A stretch of DNA of 64,000 nucleotides from positions 194,016-258,015 of the forward strand of contig CAVSEQ010000003.1 of the NCBI GenBank assembly GCA_963727095.1. The letters run 5' to 3'. Shown piece by piece: positions 17,943 through 30,492 of this stretch. Under the pieces are notes generated by a model. It did not search any database. It had not been told where the DNA came from and worked only from the letters and a program-made list of their open reading frames with translations. Numbering within the stretch: the stretch's first letter is position 1; every line of letters begins with the position of its first letter. This stretch comes from Candidatus Aminicenantes bacterium. GTDB taxonomy: Bacteria > Acidobacteriota > Aminicenantia > Aminicenantales > Saccharicenantaceae. The translations under genes and the position numbers were made by a program.

Positions 17943-18590
17943 TCAGGGAGTCGGCTCGAGGATGAAGACGCGGCGTCCGCGGACTTCGAGCCAGCCTTCG
18001 AAATAGAACCGGACCGCTTGCGGGTAGATCCGGTGCTCCTCGACAAGAATGCGGTCGGCGAGATCGTCGGCCGTATCCTCCTGGAGAAGCGGCACCGCGG
18101 CCTGAAGAATGATCGGGCCCATATCGACCTCGGACGTTACAAAATGCACCGTGCATCCTGATACCCGGACGCCCCAGTCGACGGCCTGTTGGTGGACGTG
18201 GACCCCCGGAAACGCGGGCAGCAGGGCGGGGTGGATGTTCATGATGCGGTACTTGAAGGCGTCGCAGAATTCGCGCGTGAGGATCTTCATGTATCCGGCG
18301 AGGCAGATGAGATCGATATCACGCTTCTCGACTTCGTGTCTGACCATCTGATCGTAGTTCTCTTTCGAAGCGAATTTTTTAGGGTCGAGGAACACGGTGT
18401 CGAGTTCCATCTCCCGGGCCTTGAGCAACCCGGGAGCATCGGGCCTGTTGCTGAAGACCAACGCGATATCCGCGTTGACGTCCCCGCGGTTCATGCTTTC
18501 GCAGAGCGCATTGAAATTTGTTCCCCGGCCGGAGAGAAAAACGGCGACGCGGCCTCTTTTTTTTGGACTGCGAAAAACGACATCTTCCAT
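17943..18590 (-). CDS. purN: Phosphoribosylglycinamide formyltransferase
   Basis: Formyl transferase fold with conserved N...H...D catalytic triad (HPALLPAFPG). Confidence 0.9.
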   Translation of the reverse strand: MEDVVFRSPKKRGRVAVFLSGRGTNFNALCESMNRGDVNADIALVFSNRPDAPGLLKAREMELDTVFLDPKKFASKENYDQMVRHEVEKRDIDLICLAGYMKILTREFCDAFKYRIMNIHPALLPAFPGVHVHQQAVDWGVRVSGCTVHFVTSEVDMGPIILQAAVPLLQEDTADDLADRILVEEHRIYPQAVRFYFEGWLEVRGRRVFILEPTP

Positions 18591-18599
18591 GAGCCCCCC

Positions 18600-20799
<2,200 letters not shown>

Positions 20800-20810
<11 letters not shown>

Positions 20811-21543
20811 GGCGGGCCTTTTTCGGGATCGCGCCGGCGGCGGCGGAGCGGCGGCCATTCAGGCTGCGGATGATGGATTCGAAAATGACGCGGCCGTCCT
20901 CGCTGCCGAGAAGGGCTTCCGACGCCCGTTCGGGATGCGGCATGAGCCCGAGCACATTGCCTTCCTTGCTCATAAGGCCCGCGACGTTGTGAAGAGAGCC
21001 GTTGACGTTGGCCTCTTCCGTGATACGGCCGTCGGAGTCACAATACCGGAAGACGATGCGGCGTTCGCTTTCAAGCGTCCTCAGCGTCTGCGGCGGAGCG
21101 TAGTAGTTGCCGTCGAAATGGGCGATGGGAATGCGCAGGACCTGGCCCTTTTTGGCGGCCCGGCTGAAATCCGTGCCGGCGTTCTCGACACGGATGTGAA
21201 CGTGCTGGCATAAAAACTTCAGGTTCTTGTTCCTGAGCATCGCTCCCGGAAGAAGGCCCAGTTCGAGCAGGATCTGAAAGCCGTTGCAGATGCCCAGGAC
21301 GCGGCCGCCCCGGCGGGCAAAAGCCCTGACCTCCTGCATGAGAGGGGAGAAGCGGGCGATGGCGCCGGCCCGCAGATAGTCGCCGTACGAAAAGCCGCCG
21401 GGCAGGACCACGCAGTCCACGTTCTGCAGGTCGTGGTCCTTATGCCAGAGCAGGACCGTCTCCTGCTTCATCGTGTTCTTGAGCGCGTGAAAGGTGTCGA
21501 GATCGCAATTTGATCCGGGGAACTGAACGACGCCGAATCTCAT
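20800..21543 (-). CDS. purQ: Phosphoribosylformylglycinamidine synthase glutamine amidotransferase subunit PurQ
   Basis: Class I GATase with GICNGFQ catalytic Cys. Confidence 0.95.
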
Positions 21544-21547
21544 GGGG

Positions 21548-21802
21548 TCAGCGCGGCTTCGCGGGAATGACCTGCCAGGTGTATTTTTCGATGATCGGGT
21601 TGGCCAGGACCTTGTGCGCGATCTCGGGGACCAGGGCTTCGGCGTCCTTCCTGCTGACCCCTTCGAGTTCGAGCTCGAAAACCTTGCCTTGACGGACCTC
21701 CCGGATGGCGCCGTAACCCATCGTGTGGAGGGCGTTTTTCACGGTCTGGCCTTGGGGGTCGAGCACGCTGTCCTTGAACGAGACGAGGATTCTAACTCTC
21801 AT
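21548..21802 (-). CDS. purS: PurS subunit (84 aa)
   Basis: [21 protein letters not shown] typical PurS start; internal Met of ORF 21548..21871. Confidence 0.85.
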   Translation of the reverse strand: MRVRILVSFKDSVLDPQGQTVKNALHTMGYGAIREVRQGKVFELELEGVSRKDAEALVPEIAHKVLANPIIEKYTWQVIPAKPR

Positions 21803-23093
21803 CGGCGAGCACCCTTTCAAAGATATAATCGATCTTGGCGAGATAAGGGTCCAGGGAGAAACAGGCCGCAATCTGTTCCCGGGACAGGGTCTTGACGATG
21901 TCAGGATCGGCGGCGACGAGACCCGGAAAATCCCGTCCTTCGTTCCAGGCCTTGAGGCTGTTGCGCTGGACGACCTGGTAGGCGTCCTCGCGGGTCATCC
22001 CATTCTTCGTCAGGGCCAGCAATACACTCTGCGAGAAGATGAGGCCGCGCGTGGCGTCGATATTGGACGTCATCCTGTCGCGATGGACCGACCAGTTCTT
22101 GATGATGTCCACGATTTCGGCCAGAAGGAAGTCGGTTACGATGAAGGAATCCGGGAAGACGATGCGCTCAGCCGAAGAATGGGAGATATCCCGTTCGTGC
22201 CAGAGGGCGATATTTTCGAGACCGACCTGGGCATTGGCCCTGACGAGGCGGGCCAGCCCGGAGATGCGCTCGCACCGGACAGGGTTCTTCTTATGGGGCA
22301 TGGAGGAGGATCCCTTTTGGCCTTGGGTGAAAGGCTCCTCGACTTCGAGGACTTCGGTCCGCTGCAGGTGGCGGATCTCGATGGCGAACTTTTCGATCGA
22401 TGTCGCCAGCAGGGCCAAGACTGAAAGAACCTCGGCGTGCCGGTCCCTTTGCAGAACCTGCGTCGAAACCTTGGCCGGGCTGAGCCTGAGTTTTCTGAGG
22501 GCCATGACTTCGACCCTCGGATCGAGGTGGATGTACGTTCCAACGGAGCCCGAGATCCTGCCGACCGAAATCACCTCGCGGGCCCTTTCGAGGCGCGCGA
22601 TGTGGCGCTTGATCTCCTCGTACCACACGAGGATTTTGAAGCCGAAGGTCACCGGCTCCGCATGGACGCCATGGGTCCGGCCGATGCATACGGTCCGCTT
22701 GTATTTCAGAGCCTCCCTCCTGAGGAGCCGCTGGAGGTCCCGGGTCTGGGCCAGGATTTTATCGAGCGATTCCTTGATCAGGAGAGACAGGGCCGTATCC
22801 ACGATGTCGTACGAGGTTAGGCCGACGTGGATGAAGCGGGATTGGGGGCCGACGTTCTCCGCCACGGAAGTCAAGAAGGCGATCATGTCGTGTTTGACGA
22901 CTTTTTCTATCTCGTCGATTTTCTCGACGGAGAAGGCGGCTTTGGCCTGAATCACCCTGAGGGCGGACTTGGGGATGCGGCCGAGCCTGGCCCAGGCTTC
23001 GCAAACGGCGAGCTCGACAGCGAGCCATTTTTTATACTTATTTTCGTCTGTCCAGACAGCTCCCATTTCAGGTCGAGTGTAGCGGTCAATCAT
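21792..23093 (-). CDS. purB: Adenylosuccinate lyase
   Basis: Fumarate-lyase family signature GSSSMPHKKNP. Confidence 0.95.
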   Translation of the reverse strand: MIDRYTRPEMGAVWTDENKYKKWLAVELAVCEAWARLGRIPKSALRVIQAKAAFSVEKIDEIEKVVKHDMIAFLTSVAENVGPQSRFIHVGLTSYDIVDTALSLLIKESLDKILAQTRDLQRLLRREALKYKRTVCIGRTHGVHAEPVTFGFKILVWYEEIKRHIARLERAREVISVGRISGSVGTYIHLDPRVEVMALRKLRLSPAKVSTQVLQRDRHAEVLSVLALLATSIEKFAIEIRHLQRTEVLEVEEPFTQGQKGSSSMPHKKNPVRCERISGLARLVRANAQVGLENIALWHERDISHSSAERIVFPDSFIVTDFLLAEIVDIIKNWSVHRDRMTSNIDATRGLIFSQSVLLALTKNGMTREDAYQVVQRNSLKAWNEGRDFPGLVAADPDIVKTLSREQIAACFSLDPYLAKIDYIFERVLADES

Positions 23094-23100
23094 GGAATTT

Positions 23101-23120
23101 TGCCTCCGAGGACGGAGGCA
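23101..23120 (-). promoter_or_regulatory. Hairpin in purB 5' leader pairing the SD (GGAGG) with an upstream anti-SD (GCCTCC)
   Basis: Minus-strand leader reads GCCTCCGTCCTCGGAGGCAAAAATG: 8-bp stem, SD 5-9 nt before the ATG. Confidence 0.3.
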
Positions 23121-23219
23121 TCCATGATATCAGCAGGGTGAAGCCGTTGTCAACGGAATGAGGCTGAACTGCTTTTGGCATTGCCCGGAAAGATGCGTGA
23201 AGCAGAGGGTAAAAGAGTC

Positions 23220-23515
23220 GTGCCAGATATCTCCCACCAGTGAGGCTAATAGGTAGGCTCTGTTTAAGACATTTCTTAAAAGTGCGGCTTCAAGACTAGA
23301 TCAAAAACTCATTTTAGATATTTTCCCCCAGTGAGGCGTCGAGTCGCTTAGGCGAGAAGAAAGACCCAAGGGTTGTTTCGGATATTTCCCACCAGTGAGG
23401 CGTCGAGAAAGATCGAGGACTCGTTTCAGATGTTTCCCAAAAGTGTGGCTCCGTGCCGCTCCGCCGCACTTTTGATGGTCGCTCCAAAGACTCCCTCCCA
23501 GCCGCTCCCTGCCGG
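23220..23515. repeat. Array of about five degenerate short repeats (core ~AGATRTTTCYYAMMAGTGMGGC, some followed by GTCGAG), with an AAAAGTGTGGC...GCCGCACTTTT hairpin and a GGTCGCTCC-AAAGACTCC...CCCTGCCGG tail module
   Basis: Units at ~23225, 23268, 23316, 23381, 23428 read in sequence; same unit family and order as the locus at 58597-58960. Confidence 0.5.
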
Positions 23516-23565
23516 AAAGAGTATTCTGAGCTACTCCGTCGGGATATCGGGTGCCGCAAAGGAAT

Positions 23566-23574
23566 TGGTATAAT
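23566..23574 (+). promoter_or_regulatory. Extended -10 promoter element TGgTATAAT ~25 nt upstream of the ECF sigma gene
   Basis: TGnTATAAT read in sequence; no convincing -35. Confidence 0.3.
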
Positions 23575-23599
23575 GGATGTCTAACAGGTTGTTGAAGAA

Positions 23600-24175
23600 A
23601 TGGATGAGCGGCCCGACGAAATCCTGGTGGAAGAGGCCAGGCGGGGGGGAACGGAAGCCTTTGCCGAATTGGCCCGGCGCTATCAGCGCAGGATATTCCG
23701 TCTCATCTACGGAATGACGAGAAACAGCTTGGACGCCGATGACCTGACCCAGGAGGTATTTTTGGCGGCGTTCAAATCGCTTCCGACATTCGGCCGGAAG
23801 TCGGGGTTTTACACATGGCTTTACCGGATTGCCGTCAATCACGCCTTGAACTTCTTGAAAAAGCGGCGCCGGGAAAAAGAGAGGGACGATTTCGATGAGA
23901 ACCTTACTCCCTCCGATGACGTCGGGGCAGCCTCCTCTTCTCCCGAAGGGAGCTCCATCCGCGGCGAGCTCGAGGACAAGATCCGGCAGGCGATCGATTC
24001 GTTGCCGCCGCACCTAAGGGCGTCATTTCTGCTCGTCGTCGATCAGGGAATGAGTCATGCCGAAGCGGCGGCAATCCTCGGGTGCTCGAAAAACACAGTG
24101 TCCTGGCGCATGCACAAGGCCCGAAAACGGCTCCAGTCGGAGCTCAAACCGTTTCTTACCGAGGCTGGATCATGA
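23600..24175 (+). CDS. ECF (sigma-70 family group IV) RNA polymerase sigma factor
   Basis: Region 2 (YRIAVNHALNFLKKRRRE) and region 4 HTH (DQGMSHAEAAAILGCSKNTVSWRMHKARKRL). Confidence 0.9.
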   Translation: MDERPDEILVEEARRGGTEAFAELARRYQRRIFRLIYGMTRNSLDADDLTQEVFLAAFKSLPTFGRKSGFYTWLYRIAVNHALNFLKKRRREKERDDFDENLTPSDDVGAASSSPEGSSIRGELEDKIRQAIDSLPPHLRASFLLVVDQGMSHAEAAAILGCSKNTVSWRMHKARKRLQSELKPFLTEAGS

Positions 24176-24783
24176 AATGCAAAAAGTTCCGGCGGTGGAT
24201 ATCCGACGCGCTGGATGGGGCTCTGTCCGTTCCGCGGAGGGCGAGGCTCGAACGGCACCTCCACGCTTGCCCAGGCTGTCGCGCTTACATGACCGATTTG
24301 ACGAGTCTGCAGGATAGGGCAGGGGCACTGGCGGACGCGAGGCTGCCTGCTTCGCATTGGGAGGACTTTGGCCGGAGGCTCGAGGCCCGGCTGGCGGCGG
24401 CGGGGGGATCGAAATCCGCTTCTCTTGCTCCCCGCTTCTTCCCCTGGAAATGGGCCTGGGCCGGGACGGGTCTCATTGTGCTCATACTCCTCGGGACATG
24501 GCTTGTCGTGCCCCGTCCGGGAGGGATTCGAGAGCCGGCGCTCGTTTCGCTCGAAGACTCCCTGACGCCCCTCTTTCGTGAGGTCGGCGCCGACCCGGAG
24601 CTCGAATCATCTCTCAACCAGGAAATTATGGCGTCGATCGATGATGCCGTCCGACTCAGCGAACGGGAGTCCTTCATTTCTTTCGGTGACAATCCACTAT
24701 TTTGGGAGAGCCTGAGCGAACAGGATCTCCAGGTGATCGAGGCTTCATTGAGGAATAAACACGATCATGGAGGTCAGATATGA
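24172..24783 (+). CDS. Anti-sigma factor, zf-HC2 type, single-pass membrane protein
   Basis: HLHACPGCRAY (HxxxCxxC) near N-terminus, one TM helix (WAWAGTGLIVLILLGTWLVV); start overlaps sigma stop (ATGA). Confidence 0.75.
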   Translation: MKCKKFRRWISDALDGALSVPRRARLERHLHACPGCRAYMTDLTSLQDRAGALADARLPASHWEDFGRRLEARLAAAGGSKSASLAPRFFPWKWAWAGTGLIVLILLGTWLVVPRPGGIREPALVSLEDSLTPLFREVGADPELESSLNQEIMASIDDAVRLSERESFISFGDNPLFWESLSEQDLQVIEASLRNKHDHGGQI

Positions 24784-25283
24784 GCCAAACAGAGACGGGG
24801 GTCCTGGCGGCAGTCCTCTTGTTGATATCCGGCACATGGCTCCTGGCGCAGCCCGCCCAGTCGACTCCCCAGGCCCGGACCAGGCTGAGGGAGAATATCG
24901 ACACGCTCCTGCTCGTGCGCATGACCCAGGCGCTCGACCTCTCGGAAGAACAGGCGGCCAAACTCTATCCCGCGTTGACGAAGATCGAGAAAGAAAAAGG
25001 CAGGCTTCAGGCCCAATTGGGCGCCGATGTCCGCGACTTGAGAACCCTTCTGCAGAGTACGGAGGTCCGGGAGGCCGATATCCTGGACAAGGTCAAGAGG
25101 ATAAGGGAAGAACGCTTGAACATTAGACAGAAGGATGAGGCCTTCGAGGCCGTTCTCGACGCGGAACTGACTCTCCTCCAGAGAGCCAAGTACGTGATCT
25201 TCACCGTGGACTTCTACCGCGGCCTCGGCGAGGCGATGACCAGGGCACGCGAAATGCGGGGAAAAATTCAACGAAAGCCTTGA
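24780..25283 (+). CDS. Periplasmic Spy/CpxP-like (LTxxQ-family) protein, signal peptide
   Basis: Signal peptide VLAAVLLLISGTWLLAQPAQS; helical Q/E/K/R-rich repeats with LSEEQ motif; start overlaps anti-sigma stop. Confidence 0.5.
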   Translation: MSQTETGVLAAVLLLISGTWLLAQPAQSTPQARTRLRENIDTLLLVRMTQALDLSEEQAAKLYPALTKIEKEKGRLQAQLGADVRDLRTLLQSTEVREADILDKVKRIREERLNIRQKDEAFEAVLDAELTLLQRAKYVIFTVDFYRGLGEAMTRAREMRGKIQRKP

Positions 25284-25308
25284 CAAAAAGGGGATATTCT
25301 AATAACAT
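25280..25308 (+). promoter_or_regulatory. Putative promoter for the tRNA-tuf operon: TTGACA, 17-nt spacer, TAACAT; a second possible -10 TATACT at 25412-25417
   Basis: Hexamers read in sequence upstream of tRNA-Thr. Confidence 0.3.
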
Positions 25309-25450
25309 AACTGTTGTAGCTTTGCACATTTCAGACTAAGTCTCTGAAAAAGAACAACTTCGAGCTCGAGGAGAAAGTTTTTTTGTTTTTTGGCCCCTTT
25401 CTGTATTCTCCTATACTGTCGCGGACTCGGACATTGGAACGTGAGGGCAT

Positions 25451-25524
25451 GCCAGCGTAGCTCAGTTAGGTAGAGCGGCTGATTTGTAATCAGCGGGTCA
25501 GGGGTTCGAATCCCTTCGCTGGCT
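25451..25524 (+). tRNA. thrU: tRNA-Thr (anticodon TGT)
   Basis: Cloverleaf: acceptor GCCAGCG/CGCTGGC, anticodon loop TTTGTAA, T-loop TTCGAAT. Confidence 0.85.
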
Positions 25525-25628
25525 TAAAAGCGGCGATAGAACGCGCTATCTGGCAACGGAATATCCTGACCCTGACGGAGGGATGCTTATCCTGGTCGAA
25601 CGTGGGCATCGAAAGTGATTCATGGCTT

Positions 25629-25711
25629 GGGCAGGTTCCAGAGTGGCCAAATGGGGCGGGCTGTAAACCCGCTGCGGAAACGCTTCGGAGGTTCGAATCC
25701 TTCCCTGCCCA
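25629..25711 (+). tRNA. tyrU: tRNA-Tyr (anticodon GTA), long variable arm
   Basis: Acceptor GGGCAGG/CCTGCCC, anticodon loop CTGTAAA, long variable arm, T-loop TTCGAAT. Confidence 0.85.
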
Positions 25712-25715
25712 CTTC

Positions 25716-25789
<74 letters not shown>

Positions 25790-25807
25790 CTTGTTCGAGC
25801 ATGTTGG

Positions 25808-25880
25808 GCCCAAGTAGCTCAGTTGGCAGAGCACGTCCTTGGTAAGGACGGGGTCACCAGTTCAATTCTGGTCTTGGGCT
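25808..25880 (+). tRNA. thrT: tRNA-Thr (anticodon GGT)
   Basis: Acceptor GCCCAAG/CTTGGGC, anticodon loop TTGGTAA. Confidence 0.85.
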
Positions 25881-25933
25881 TTCGTTTTAGACGGGGATGG
25901 TCCTCAGAGATAGGGCGCCGGGAGGTATGAAGG

Positions 25934-27133
<1,200 letters not shown>

Positions 27134-27211
27134 GCGAGGAGGCCCGGGACCCGGTCGCGGCGGCCTTCAGGGATAGACGAAGGACAAGGAGTTAGCGAGG
27201 GAAGGTTAACG

Positions 27212-27361
27212 ATGCGCGATATCATCACGCTCCAGTGCGCCGACTGCAAACGTCGGAACTACTCAACGACTCGGAACAAAAAGAAGCAGACGGACAAACT
27301 TGAGATCAAAAAGTATTGTTCGTTCTGCCGGAAACACACCGTGCATAAGGAAGTCAAATAA
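27212..27361 (+). CDS. rpmG: 50S ribosomal protein L33 (zinc-binding C4 form, 49 aa)
   Basis: Translation [49 protein letters not shown]. Confidence 0.85.
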   Translation: MRDIITLQCADCKRRNYSTTRNKKKQTDKLEIKKYCSFCRKHTVHKEVK

Positions 27362-27383
27362 GCGCCGGCCATGAGGGACAGAC

Positions 27384-27459
<76 letters not shown>

Positions 27460-27540
27460 TTGCTTCTCACGGCCGCGTGGACAGGGGCCGGCGGATGCCC
27501 GGACGGGCTCGGCTGAACGGTAGAGATCAAGGACACAGCC

Positions 27541-27753
27541 ATGAATGACAAACTGCGCTGGGACAAGCGGTTCGTGAATTTCCTGAAAGAGGTCAGGGGC
27601 GAGCTGAAGAAGGTCACCTGGCCCTCCCGCAATGAGGTCTACAGCACCACGATCGTGGTCATCGCCGCGACGATCTTCTTCGGCTTCTACTTGTTCTTTA
27701 TGGATGTTGTATTTTCCTGGGTCATCAGCAAAATCAAAGATTTCTTCGGATAA
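27541..27753 (+). CDS. secE: Preprotein translocase subunit SecE
   Basis: 70 aa, single C-terminal TM helix, conserved rpmG-tRNA-Trp-secE-nusG context. Confidence 0.85.
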   Translation: MNDKLRWDKRFVNFLKEVRGELKKVTWPSRNEVYSTTIVVIAATIFFGFYLFFMDVVFSWVISKIKDFFG

Positions 27754-27768
27754 GTCAGGAATCGGACG

Positions 27769-28299
27769 ATGGCAAAAAACTGGTTTGTTGTACATACCTA
27801 CTCGGGATTCGAGAAGTTCGTGGCGGAGTCTATCAAACAGAAGGCCGCCGAGCTTCACATGGAAGACCAGGTCGGGCAGATCATCATCCCGACCGAGGAC
27901 GTGATCGAGATCCGCGGGGGCAAGAAGGTCGTTTCCACGAAACGGTCGTACCCCGGCTACATTCTCGTCGAGATGGAAATGAACGATGAGAACTGGCTCA
28001 TGATCCGCCAGGTCCCTAAGGTGACGGGCTTCGTGGGTTCGGGCCGGACGCCGACGCCCCTGAGCAAGAAGGAAGTGAGCCAGATTGTGGAGCACATGGA
28101 AACGACGTCCGAAAAGCCCAAGCCCAAACACTCCTTCGAGAAGGGCGAAGCTGTCCGCATCATCGACGGTCCGTTCTTCAACTTCAACGGGATCGTCGAG
28201 GAAGTCAATCACGAACGCAGCACCTTGAAAGTCCTGGTCACCATCTTCGGCCGGTCCACTCCCGTTGAGCTCGAGTTCCTGCAGGTGGAAAAGCTATAG
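27769..28299 (+). CDS. nusG: Transcription termination/antitermination factor NusG
   Basis: NGN domain (WFVVHTYSGFE) and C-terminal KOW (GEAVRIIDGPF). Confidence 0.95.
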   Translation: MAKNWFVVHTYSGFEKFVAESIKQKAAELHMEDQVGQIIIPTEDVIEIRGGKKVVSTKRSYPGYILVEMEMNDENWLMIRQVPKVTGFVGSGRTPTPLSKKEVSQIVEHMETTSEKPKPKHSFEKGEAVRIIDGPFFNFNGIVEEVNHERSTLKVLVTIFGRSTPVELEFLQVEKL

Positions 28300-28308
28300 G
28301 AGGCACGG

Positions 28309-28740
28309 ATGTCGAAAGAAGTCATCGCGAAAATCAAGCTGGAGATCGTCGCCGGCCAAGCGAGTCCCGCTCCTCCCGTGGGACCCGCCCTCGGCCAGCA
28401 CGGGGTCAATATCATGCAGTTCGTTCGCGAATTCAACGACCGGACGGGCAAGATGGACGAGGGGACCGTTGTCCCCGTCCTGATCACGGTGTTCAAGGAC
28501 AAGTCGTTCAATTTTGTCGTCAAGACGCCGCCGGCGTCCTATCTCCTGAAAAAAGCGGCCGGAATTGCCAAAGGATCGGCGGCGCCCAACAGAGACAAGG
28601 TGGGCAAGGTCACCTGGAAGCAGATCGAGGACATCGCCCGGATCAAACTCGCCGACCTCAACGCCTACGACGTCGAGGCCGCGAAAAAGATCATCGAGGG
28701 CACGGCGAAGAACATGGGATTGGAGATTGTCAGTGAGTAA
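28309..28740 (+). CDS. rplK: 50S ribosomal protein L11
   Basis: [13 protein letters not shown] motif. Confidence 0.97.
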   Translation: MSKEVIAKIKLEIVAGQASPAPPVGPALGQHGVNIMQFVREFNDRTGKMDEGTVVPVLITVFKDKSFNFVVKTPPASYLLKKAAGIAKGSAAPNRDKVGKVTWKQIEDIARIKLADLNAYDVEAAKKIIEGTAKNMGLEIVSE

Positions 28741-29431
28741 GCGTGGCAAGAACTATCTGAAAGCGAAGGACGTCAAGGGCGAGGAGCTCAAGGAGTATTC
28801 TCTGGAAGAGGCCGTGGGGCTCCTCAAGAAGGCCCATTTCGCCAAGTTCGACGAGACGGTGGACGTGTCGATCCGGCTGGGGGTCAACCCCAAGTACTCG
28901 GACCAGATGGTCCGGGGTACGGTCGTTCTGCCGCACGGGACAGGAAAGACCAAGAAGATCTGTGTCATCGCCTCCGGCGAGAAGATCAAGGAAGCCGAAG
29001 AGGCCGGCGCGGACTTTGCGGGCGGCGACGACATCATCGAAAAGATCGTCGGCGGCTGGCTCGACTTCGACGTCGTCATCGCGACCCCCGATGTCATGAG
29101 GGGCGTCGGCAAGCTCGGACGGATCCTCGGCACGAAAGGGCTGATGCCGAACCCCAAGTCCGGCACCGTGACTTTCGACATCAAGAAGGCCGTTGAAGAA
29201 ACCAAGGCCGGCAAAGTGGAATTCCGCGTGGACAAGACCAGCATCGTGCATTCGTCGGTGGGGAAGGTGTCGTTTTCAGAAACGAACCTCCTCGAGAATG
29301 CCAGAACGTTCATCCAGGCCATCGTCCACGCCAAGCCGGCGTCCGCCAAGGGCAAATACGTCCGGAGCATGTTCATCTCCTCAACGATGGGACCGTCGTT
29401 CAAGATCTCCGAAGACATTCTAGAGAAATAG
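28733..29431 (+). CDS. rplA: 50S ribosomal protein L1 (GTG start overlapping rplK stop)
   Basis: [11 protein letters not shown]...[13 protein letters not shown] conserved L1 N-terminus. Confidence 0.93.
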   Translation: MSKRGKNYLKAKDVKGEELKEYSLEEAVGLLKKAHFAKFDETVDVSIRLGVNPKYSDQMVRGTVVLPHGTGKTKKICVIASGEKIKEAEEAGADFAGGDDIIEKIVGGWLDFDVVIATPDVMRGVGKLGRILGTKGLMPNPKSGTVTFDIKKAVEETKAGKVEFRVDKTSIVHSSVGKVSFSETNLLENARTFIQAIVHAKPASAKGKYVRSMFISSTMGPSFKISEDILEK

Positions 29432-29439
29432 GAGCGCAC

Positions 29440-29958
29440 GTGAAAAAGGACTCCAAGGGACAGATCATCCAGAATCTCGAGGGCCTCTTCGACGGCCACT
29501 CGACGTTCTACCTGGTGGATTTCAAGAAAATGAAGGTCTCTCAAACTGTGGAACTCCGGAAGCTTCTCCGGAAGAATTCATTTTCGTACCAAGTGGTCAA
29601 GAACCGCCTGGCCCTGCGAGCCTTGCACGACAAGTGCCCGGAGACGCTCAAGCCGTACTTCCAGAAGCCCACGGCGATCGCCTTCGCCGCCGATGACCCC
29701 ATCGGACTGGCCAAAATCCTCAAGGATTATTCGGCCCAGGGGAAGGTGCTGGCGGTCAAGGGCGGCGTCGTGCAGGGACATTATATGGCCCCCGAGCGGT
29801 TCGATGAAATCTCCCGGCTGGGCTCCCGCAACGACCTGATCGCCAAGATCGGGTTCATGATGGCGTCTCCGCTGACCCGGCTCATGCGGACCCTGCAGGC
29901 GCCTCTCGGCAACGTCGGGGTGCTTCTGAGCCAGCTCAAGGCCAAGAAACAGGATTGA
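29440..29958 (+). CDS. rplJ: 50S ribosomal protein L10
   Basis: Conserved L10 family sequence and position before rplL. Confidence 0.93.
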   Translation: MKKDSKGQIIQNLEGLFDGHSTFYLVDFKKMKVSQTVELRKLLRKNSFSYQVVKNRLALRALHDKCPETLKPYFQKPTAIAFAADDPIGLAKILKDYSAQGKVLAVKGGVVQGHYMAPERFDEISRLGSRNDLIAKIGFMMASPLTRLMRTLQAPLGNVGVLLSQLKAKKQD

Positions 29959-30013
29959 AACGTAAATGACTGAGGTCGCTACGACCCAAGCTCAAATAAA
30001 GGAGACGCGTGAC

Positions 30014-30400
30014 ATGGAAAAACTCACCAAGGAACAGTTTTTCGCCCACTTGGACAACCTGACCATCCTGGAACTCGCGGATTACATCAAGGAGTTCGAG
30101 ACACGGTACGGGATCAGCGCCGCGGCGGCCCCGGTTATGGTTGCCGGAGGCGGAGCGGCTTTGGCCGAAGCCAAGCCGGCCGAAGAAAAGACCGAGTTCA
30201 ATGTCATCCTGAAAACCGTGGGCGACAAAAAGATCAACGTCATCAAGGTCGTCCGTGAAGTCACCAGCCTCGGACTCAAGGAAGCCAAGGACCTCGTGGA
30301 CGGCGCCCCGAAGACGCTCAAAGAAGGTGTGTCCAAGGACGAAGCGGAAGCGATCAAAGCCAAGTTCAAGGAAGTCGGAGCGGTCATCGAGCTTCAGTAA
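30014..30400 (+). CDS. rplL: 50S ribosomal protein L7/L12 (start at MEKLTKEQF; ORF track begins 29966)
   Basis: N-terminal dimerisation helix, Ala/Glu-rich hinge, C-terminal [12 protein letters not shown]...[13 protein letters not shown]. Confidence 0.93.
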   Translation: MEKLTKEQFFAHLDNLTILELADYIKEFETRYGISAAAAPVMVAGGGAALAEAKPAEEKTEFNVILKTVGDKKINVIKVVREVTSLGLKEAKDLVDGAPKTLKEGVSKDEAEAIKAKFKEVGAVIELQ

Positions 30401-30436
30401 ATGACCGGGTGGACCGTGCGTCCGAATTGTGCGAGG

Positions 30437-30482
30437 CGTCCGTTCTTGATGAACGGGACGAGGACCGTCAAACTCTGTTTTA
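30437..30482 (+). terminator. Stem-loop (CGTCCGTTC-TTGAT-GAACGGGACG) with downstream T4 in the rplL-rpoB intergenic region; possible partial terminator/attenuator
   Basis: 9-bp GC-rich inverted repeat read in sequence; position matches the known rplL-rpoB attenuator. Confidence 0.35.
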
Positions 30483-30492
30483 GAGAGTCAGC

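Noticed and set aside
20811-20858. N-terminal 16-aa extension of purL ([16 protein letters not shown]) from the upstream ATG
   Set aside because: The conserved PurL N-terminus begins at [17 protein letters not shown]; the extension is low-complexity and overlaps purQ.
23160-23560. Considered a CRISPR array because of regularly spaced short repeats (also at 58597-58960)
   Set aside because: Repeat units are degenerate (not identical), inter-repeat segments resemble each other rather than being unique spacers, spacing is irregular (38-65 nt), and no cas genes are nearby.
23373-23573. ORFs inside the repeat loci (23373..23573 +, 23314..23559 -, 58586..58843 +, 58807..58998 +) as possible small proteins
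   Set aside because: Their similarity to each other simply mirrors the DNA repeats; the repeat period (~47 nt) is not a multiple of 3; no RBS; the regions are better explained as a non-coding repeat element.
23555-23585. ECF-type autoregulatory promoter (GGAAT ... GTCTAA) upstream of the sigma gene
   Set aside because: Spacing between the -35-like GGAAT and -10-like GTCTAA is only ~13-14 nt, shorter than the 16-17 nt typical of ECF promoters; retained only as a weak possibility alongside the extended -10.
29966-30013. Upstream ATG for rplL giving a 144-aa product
   Set aside because: The L7/L12 conserved N-terminal helix begins at MEKLTKEQF with an AAGGAG RBS just upstream; the 16 extra residues are not conserved.
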